A stretch of DNA of 59,431 nt, from the NCBI GenBank assembly GCA_036560185.1, contig DATBRS010000246.1, forward strand, positions 1-59,431, in the 5' to 3' direction. The notes below the pieces were generated by a model. The model saw nothing but the letters and a program-made list of their open reading frames with translations. It ran no database searches and was not told where the DNA came from. The DNA is from Myxococcota bacterium. GTDB taxonomy: Bacteria; Myxococcota_A; UBA9160; UBA6930. A program made the translations under genes and the position numbers. Positions 54,479 to 59,431 of this stretch are shown here, in pieces (positions within the stretch are counted from its first letter, which is position 1; each line of letters starts with the position of its first letter).

Positions 54479-57043
54479 CTACGAACCCAGCTCCGGGTTG
54501 ACCACGATGCGCGGCGTCACGAACACCAGAAGCTCCTTGCGAATGTCGCGGACTTCCTTGTTCTTGAACGCGTTGCCGATCACCGGCACGCGGTGGAAGT
54601 ACGGCACGCGGCTCTCGCGGTCGGCCGTCTGCACCACGTAGATGCCGCCGATCACGAGCGTCTGTCCGTCCGCCACCAGGGTCTCGGTGGTCGCTTCGTT
54701 CTTCGCGATCGCCGGCGAGCCCGTCGGCGTCGGCACGCTGTCATCCGGCGCGTTCCGCTTCACTTCGATCTTCATGATGATGCTGCGGTCCGCGGTGATG
54801 TGCGGCGTGACGTCGAGCGAGAGCACCGCATCGATGAACTCGAGCTTGGCGTCGCCGTCCTCGAAGGTCTGGAACGGGATCGACACGCCCTGCTCGATGC
54901 TCGCCTTGCGGTTGTCGAGAGTCACGACGCGCGGGCTGGAGATCACCTTGCCCTCGCCGTGGCTCTCGGCGCCGGCCAGCGTGAGATCCACGTCGAAGCG
55001 CTCATCCAGGATGAACGCGCCGAGGTTGATCGCGCCGGTCGCGAGCTCGGTGATCGGGTTCGACACCGCGAAGCCGTTGCTGCCAGCGCCCGAGGGCCGC
55101 AGGCGGAAGGCGTCGCTGCCGAGCGCCTGCGTCGGCCCCGAGCTGGTGAGCGGGGCGCTGTCCGGATCCCAGGCATCCGTCAGCGGCTGCACGCCCGCAC
55201 CCCAGCGCGAGCCCACTTCGCGCAGGAAGTCGAGGTTCGCCTCGACGATCTTCGCCTCGACCATCACCTGCGGCGTCTGCGTGTCGATCGCCTTGATGAG
55301 CGCGGTCGCCTCGTCGATCACCGCCGCGATGTCCTTCAGGATCACCGTGTTGGTGCGCTGGTCGACGTCGACCGTGCCGCGCGCCGACAGCAGCTTCTTC
55401 ACCAGCTTCGCGACTTCCGCGACGTTGGCGTAGTTGACGGGCTGCAGCTTGACGACGAGATCCTCGAGCTTCTCTTTGGCGCGGCGCTCTTCCAGGCGCG
55501 CCGCCTCCTCGGTCTTCAGCACGTCGGTCGGCGCGATGCGCAGCACGTTGCCGACCCGCACGAAGCCGAGGCCCTTCGTCAGCAGGATCACGTCGAGGGC
55601 CTGGTCCCAGGGCACGTCGACCAGGCGAATCGTGACATTGCCGCTCACTTCGTCGCCCGCGATCACGTTGAGCTCGGAGACTTCGGCGATCAGGCGCAGC
55701 ACGTCGTCGACTTCCACGTCCTTGAAGTCGAGCGAGATGCGCCGGCCGCTGTAGGTCTTGCCCGTGAGCAGCCCGCCCTCTTCCAGCTCGTCGATCGAAC
55801 CGTTCGTCTCGATCGATGCCGGCGCGCGCAGCTGCGCCGCCTCTGCGGCCGCCGGCGAGCTCGCCGACGCCGGCGCCGCGGACGGGTCGCTCGCCGCGCT
55901 CGGCTGCGCGGCCGCCTCGGCCTTCGCGCCCGCCGTCTCGATCTGCTCGTCCGCCGCGGCCGCCATCACCGGCACCGCTTCGGCCTTCGCGGTGTTCGCG
56001 AAGTCGATCACCAGCATCGCGCCGTTCTGCTGCACGGTCGGCTTCACGCCGGCCGCGCGCTTCACGACGACGCGAACCTCGGGCGTCGCCATCTCCGGTT
56101 GATCGAAGGCGGTGACGAGCGAGACCACGCCCGGGTTCTCCGGCGCGATCCGCACCTGCGCCTCTTCCTGGATCGTGGCGCCGCCGATGCGAATGACGAA
56201 CGTCTCCGCGTCCGGCTCCCACGCCGTGTACTTCGCCGTACCGTCGCTCACGACCACGATGCGGTCGCGCTCGGCGGAGGTGTCGAACTGCACGCCCAGC
56301 ACCTTCTGCGTGGTGACCTCGGCCGCCGCGCTCTCCTCGGGCATCGCTGCCGGCGCCGGCTCCGTCGCTCCCTCGATCGGCGACGAGTCGGTCTCGGTGG
56401 TCTCGGTCGCGACCTGCACCGCCTCATCGGCCGCGACTGCAGCCGAGCTGCCCATCGCCACCGACAAGCCGCCCGCGAGCGCCTGCGCGGTCTGCGCCGG
56501 GAAGCTCGTCACGCCGTCCGCGGCGTCGATCACCACACGGACCTTGTCCGGGTGCTGCGCGATGCGGACGCGCGACACGAGCGCGCCAGCGAGCTCGCTC
56601 TTGGCGGGCACGCCTTCGCTCTTGAGCTTGGGCAGGTCGATCACGAGGCGGAGCGGATCCGCCACCGTGAAGACGTCCGCGCCGTCGATGCGGCCGTCCG
56701 CCGCGAGCTCGACGATCACGCCGCCGTCCTGCTCCCGCGCCGAGACGCCCGTGAGCTTCGTCGCGGGCGATGCGGCCGCTGCCGCGTCGGCAGCGACGCG
56801 CGCCGCGTCCTCCGCGGCGAGCCGCGCGCTCTCGTCCGAGACGCCTTGCTGCGCCCACGGATCTCCCGCGCCCTCGCTCTCACTCGAGGCGAGGCCAATC
56901 TCGTCGGACGAGCCCTCGTCCTCCGAGGCCGTCGGCGTCGGGGCCGAGGCACAGCCCAGCGCCAGCGCGAGCGCCAGCGCAGTAGCCGCGCGGGTGAGAA
57001 CCCCGCCATTCAGATAGTTACGAAGTGCGGACATCGTGCTCAC
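54479..57043 (-). CDS. pilQ: Type IV pilus secretin PilQ with two AMIN-like domains
   Basis: AMIN-like repeats (PLRLVIDLP / RVRIAQHPDKVRVVID), RISLDFKD, VPWDQAL, DQRTNTVI, QVMVEAKIVEA, SSPRVVTLDN and ELLVFVTPRIV. Confidence 0.96.
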   Translation of the reverse strand: MSTMSALRNYLNGGVLTRAATALALALALGCASAPTPTASEDEGSSDEIGLASSESEGAGDPWAQQGVSDESARLAAEDAARVAADAAAAASPATKLTGVSAREQDGGVIVELAADGRIDGADVFTVADPLRLVIDLPKLKSEGVPAKSELAGALVSRVRIAQHPDKVRVVIDAADGVTSFPAQTAQALAGGLSVAMGSSAAVAADEAVQVATETTETDSSPIEGATEPAPAAMPEESAAAEVTTQKVLGVQFDTSAERDRIVVVSDGTAKYTAWEPDAETFVIRIGGATIQEEAQVRIAPENPGVVSLVTAFDQPEMATPEVRVVVKRAAGVKPTVQQNGAMLVIDFANTAKAEAVPVMAAAADEQIETAGAKAEAAAQPSAASDPSAAPASASSPAAAEAAQLRAPASIETNGSIDELEEGGLLTGKTYSGRRISLDFKDVEVDDVLRLIAEVSELNVIAGDEVSGNVTIRLVDVPWDQALDVILLTKGLGFVRVGNVLRIAPTDVLKTEEAARLEERRAKEKLEDLVVKLQPVNYANVAEVAKLVKKLLSARGTVDVDQRTNTVILKDIAAVIDEATALIKAIDTQTPQVMVEAKIVEANLDFLREVGSRWGAGVQPLTDAWDPDSAPLTSSGPTQALGSDAFRLRPSGAGSNGFAVSNPITELATGAINLGAFILDERFDVDLTLAGAESHGEGKVISSPRVVTLDNRKASIEQGVSIPFQTFEDGDAKLEFIDAVLSLDVTPHITADRSIIMKIEVKRNAPDDSVPTPTGSPAIAKNEATTETLVADGQTLVIGGIYVVQTADRESRVPYFHRVPVIGNAFKNKEVRDIRKELLVFVTPRIVVNPELGS

Positions 57044-57612
57044 CCTCCCGTGCTCTGCCGAATGCGCATCTCGATCTCTTTCTCGGTCTTGTCGCCGTGG
57101 AAATCGACGTAGGACTCGAGAACCAACATCGACGAGTCGTTGATCTCCGTGACGACTCCATCGTTCTTTCCGATCCGATCGCCGTTCTTCACGACGTAGG
57201 CCTGGCCGGACGGATCCAGGACCAGCGCGCGGCGGCGATCGGCCTGCCAGACCACGCCGGAGATCGTCAGCTGACCCAGCTCGAACTGCTCGAGCGGACT
57301 CGTCAGGTCGAGCTTGTCGTCGTTCAGCTTGTCCTTCACGAACGAGCGGAACGGATCACGCTTGCCAGCGGGGTCGTAGCGGTAGTCGGCGGAGGCGACG
57401 CCATAATTGGTGCGCACGCCGCCCTTGTCCTCGGCGGGAGCGCCAGGCTTCGCCGCCGGCGCCGCGGTCGCGACGGTCGGCGCCTTCGCGACGGCTTCGG
57501 CGCGCGCCTTCTCGAAGTCGGTTGCGTTCGCCGTCGGCCCCTGCTCGCTGCAGCCCGCGAGTGCGAGCGCGAGCCCGGAAGCCAGCACGGCGCTGCGCGC
57601 AGTCTTCTTCAT
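57040..57612 (-). CDS. pilP: Type IV pilus assembly lipoprotein PilP
   Basis: Lipobox LALAGC, YDPAGKRDPF, PLEQFELGQL and GDRIGKNDG. ATG 57612 overlaps the pilO stop. Confidence 0.94.
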   Translation of the reverse strand: MKKTARSAVLASGLALALAGCSEQGPTANATDFEKARAEAVAKAPTVATAAPAAKPGAPAEDKGGVRTNYGVASADYRYDPAGKRDPFRSFVKDKLNDDKLDLTSPLEQFELGQLTISGVVWQADRRRALVLDPSGQAYVVKNGDRIGKNDGVVTEINDSSMLVLESYVDFHGDKTEKEIEMRIRQSTGG

Positions 57613-58283
57613 CCCTGGCCCCCCTTTGCATCGCCCGTCGCGCTCGGCTGAGCGCCGCCCGGTGCGGGCGCGCCGCCAGCAGCCGGCGCCGGCTTGTCTT
57701 CGACGAACCGGAACGTGGTCGCGCGGCCATCGACCTTCAGCAGCGTCGTGTCCGAGGTCTCGCGCGCGATCGACACCGTCATCTCGCCCATGTTCACGAT
57801 GCGCGGCAGCCGCGAGATGTCGTCGAAGAAGCGCGCGATGTCGTGGTACCGGCCGGTGAACTCGAGCTCGATCGGAACCTCGGCGTAGAACGCCTTGCGC
57901 ACCTCGGTGCCGGGCCGGAACGACTTGAACTCGAGGCCCGCGTTCTTGCCGAGGCTCGACACGTCGGTGAGCAGTCCGGGCAGCTCCTTGTCGTTCGGCA
58001 GCTGTCGCAGCGCTTCCTTGAGCTTGCGATCGAGCATCGCGATCTCTTCCTTCACCTGCGCTTCGTTGCCGGCGACCGCGCGCACTTCCGCGAGCCGGCG
58101 CTGCAGCTGCAGCTGCTGCTCGCGCGCCGCATTGCGCTCGGCGCGCGCGGGCAGGAAGAACGAGTACGTGTAGGCACCGAACACCAGCGCGCAGAGCGCC
58201 GGCGCGATCCCCATGCGGACTCCGCGCGGCAGCTTCGCGAGCTTGTCGAGCTGCGCCTGATATTTCTCGAGACCGAGTTCCAT
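57609..58283 (-). CDS. pilO: Type IV pilus assembly protein PilO
   Basis: Single TM, coiled coil, LPNDKELPGLL, FYAEVPI and GRYHDIARFF...LPRIVN. Confidence 0.95.
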   Translation of the reverse strand: MELGLEKYQAQLDKLAKLPRGVRMGIAPALCALVFGAYTYSFFLPARAERNAAREQQLQLQRRLAEVRAVAGNEAQVKEEIAMLDRKLKEALRQLPNDKELPGLLTDVSSLGKNAGLEFKSFRPGTEVRKAFYAEVPIELEFTGRYHDIARFFDDISRLPRIVNMGEMTVSIARETSDTTLLKVDGRATTFRFVEDKPAPAAGGAPAPGGAQPSATGDAKGGQG

Positions 58284-58292
58284 GGCCCTCTC

Positions 58293-58919
58293 CTACCGCG
58301 CCGCGAGCGCGGGGGATGCAGCGCTCGCAGTCGCGTGCTTCGCGGCCGCCGGGTTCTTCGCGTCCGCATCCGACGGCGCGGCACCCTCGAGCACCGCCGA
58401 CATCTGGAAGGCGTTGAGCTTGTATCCGTCGACGTCCTTGGCCTGCGTCTCGAGCAGCTCGACGTCCGCGAAGTGAGGCGACGCGTTCATGGCCGTCAGG
58501 AAGAGCGCGACCAACTCGTTGTCGAGGCTCACGCCCTCGATCGTGAGCTGCTGGCCTTCGACCTCGAGCTTGGTGAGCCACATCCGATCGGGCAGGTGCG
58601 TCGCGATCTCGTCGAACAGGTGGACCGGGCCGCTGCGCGCGACCGAGAGCTCGTCGATCACGCGGAGCTTCTTCTCGATGTCCGCCTTCGCGGCGCGGAA
58701 CTTCTCGACCTGCGCGAGCTGCGGCGCGTAGCCGTCGATCTCGGTCTGGATGCGGGCGGCCGCTTTCTTCGCCCCTGCGACCTCGCTCCGGAACCACACG
58801 TGATGGACGGACGAGAGCGCCACCGACGCCGCGACCGACGCCGCGATGACCAGCAGGAACTGGCGCGCCCCAGCCTTGCGCCGCGCTTCACGAACCGGGA
58901 GTAGGTTGATCGTAATCAT
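58293..58919 (-). CDS. pilN: Type IV pilus assembly protein PilN
   Basis: N-terminal INLLP motif (PilM-binding), a TM, a coiled coil and PDRMWLT. Confidence 0.95.
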   Translation of the reverse strand: MITINLLPVREARRKAGARQFLLVIAASVAASVALSSVHHVWFRSEVAGAKKAAARIQTEIDGYAPQLAQVEKFRAAKADIEKKLRVIDELSVARSGPVHLFDEIATHLPDRMWLTKLEVEGQQLTIEGVSLDNELVALFLTAMNASPHFADVELLETQAKDVDGYKLNAFQMSAVLEGAAPSDADAKNPAAAKHATASAASPALAAR

Positions 58920-59431
58920 CAGTCGTTCATCCTTCGCAGCGCGAGGCCGGTGGCGACCGAGAGGCCGGGGCCGAGGTCCTCGAGCATCCGCGCGTCGAGG
59001 CTGCCGGCGGCCACGATCCGCGCGAGCGGATTCAGGCGCTCCACCGGCAAGTTCGTCTTGCCCTGGAACGCGCTCTCGAGGCCGGAGACTTGCGAGCCGC
59101 CGCCCGAGAGCAGCACCCGGCTGATGCGGCTCTCCGCCGCCGTCGCGGCGAAGAAGTCGAGCGAGCGGCTGATCTCGCCGAGCACCGTTTCGGTGACCTG
59201 GCGGATCGCGTCCTCGACTTCCTGCGGCACGACCTCCTGGCTCTCTTCGTGGCGCGAGCCGCCGATCTTCATGCGCTCGGCCTCTTCCCAGCTGACCGAG
59301 AGCGCCTTCTGAATCTCTTCGGTGTACGCGTTGCCGCCCGTCGAGATGTCGCGCGTGAACGCCGGCGCGCCGCGCGACACGATGTTGATGTTCACGACCT
59401 GCGAGCCGATGTTGACGAGCGCGACGACTTC
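58919..59431 (-). CDS. pilM: Type IV pilus assembly protein PilM, 3' part only (runs off the window end)
   Basis: VNIGSQVVNINIV, FTRDISTGGNAYT, EISRSLDFF, LLSGGGS and VATGLALR (actin-like fold). Confidence 0.94.
   Translation of the reverse strand, partial: EVVALVNIGSQVVNINIVSRGAPAFTRDISTGGNAYTEEIQKALSVSWEEAERMKIGGSRHEESQEVVPQEVEDAIRQVTETVLGEISRSLDFFAATAAESRISRVLLSGGGSQVSGLESAFQGKTNLPVERLNPLARIVAAGSLDARMLEDLGPGLSVATGLALRRMND

Noticed and set aside
46918-57043. Type II secretion system (secretin plus ExeA)
   Set aside because: The secretin has AMIN-like domains and follows pilMNOP, and there are no gspC/E/F/G genes. It is a type IV pilus locus.

Overview
This is a gene-dense, very GC-rich chromosomal segment. 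The sequences of RpsA, IhfB, PilMNOPQ, GreB, an MglC-like roadblock protein and an SgmX-like TPR protein suggest a Myxococcota / deltaproteobacterial lineage (inference, not a database result). Contents from left to right: (1) ihfB (partial), rpsA, tyrA, hisC and pheA, then coaE, a complete trpEGDCFBA operon and lptD. (2) A ccdA-tlpA-crp operon, dtd, dcd, glpQ, a methyltransferase, queG, a lone exosortase, a sulfotransferase and a CvpA-family gene. (3) A sigma54 module: two palindromic enhancer-like sites, a near-consensus -24/-12 promoter, a 2TM-domain histidine kinase, an NtrC-type activator, a PspA/IM30 gene and a membrane protein. (4) A crotonase, a twin-FHA protein, greB, a SWIM-SNF2 ATPase, a DUF4262/FAD-oxidoreductase/CMD operon, iaaA and a 1011-aa TonB-dependent receptor. 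(5) A 5.2-kb island without an integrase, bounded by tRNA-Gly(CCC) and a degenerate copy of its 3' half. It carries an OMF-HlyD-DUF2955-K-channel-like operon, and the channel gene has an in-frame amber stop. (6) The type IV pilus locus pilM(partial)NOPQ-aroK-aroB-hypothetical-mglC-aroQ-sgmX-exeA. The best candidates for an undescribed system are the 2TM-kinase/sigma54/PspA envelope-stress module, the MglC/SgmX polarity module with a natural substitution at the MglB-contact position, and a recurring TAnnnT-(GC-rich 6-8 nt)-start signature of leaderless genes. No CRISPR array, rRNA, transposase or integrase is visible. All homology calls come from motif recognition by eye; no searches were run.
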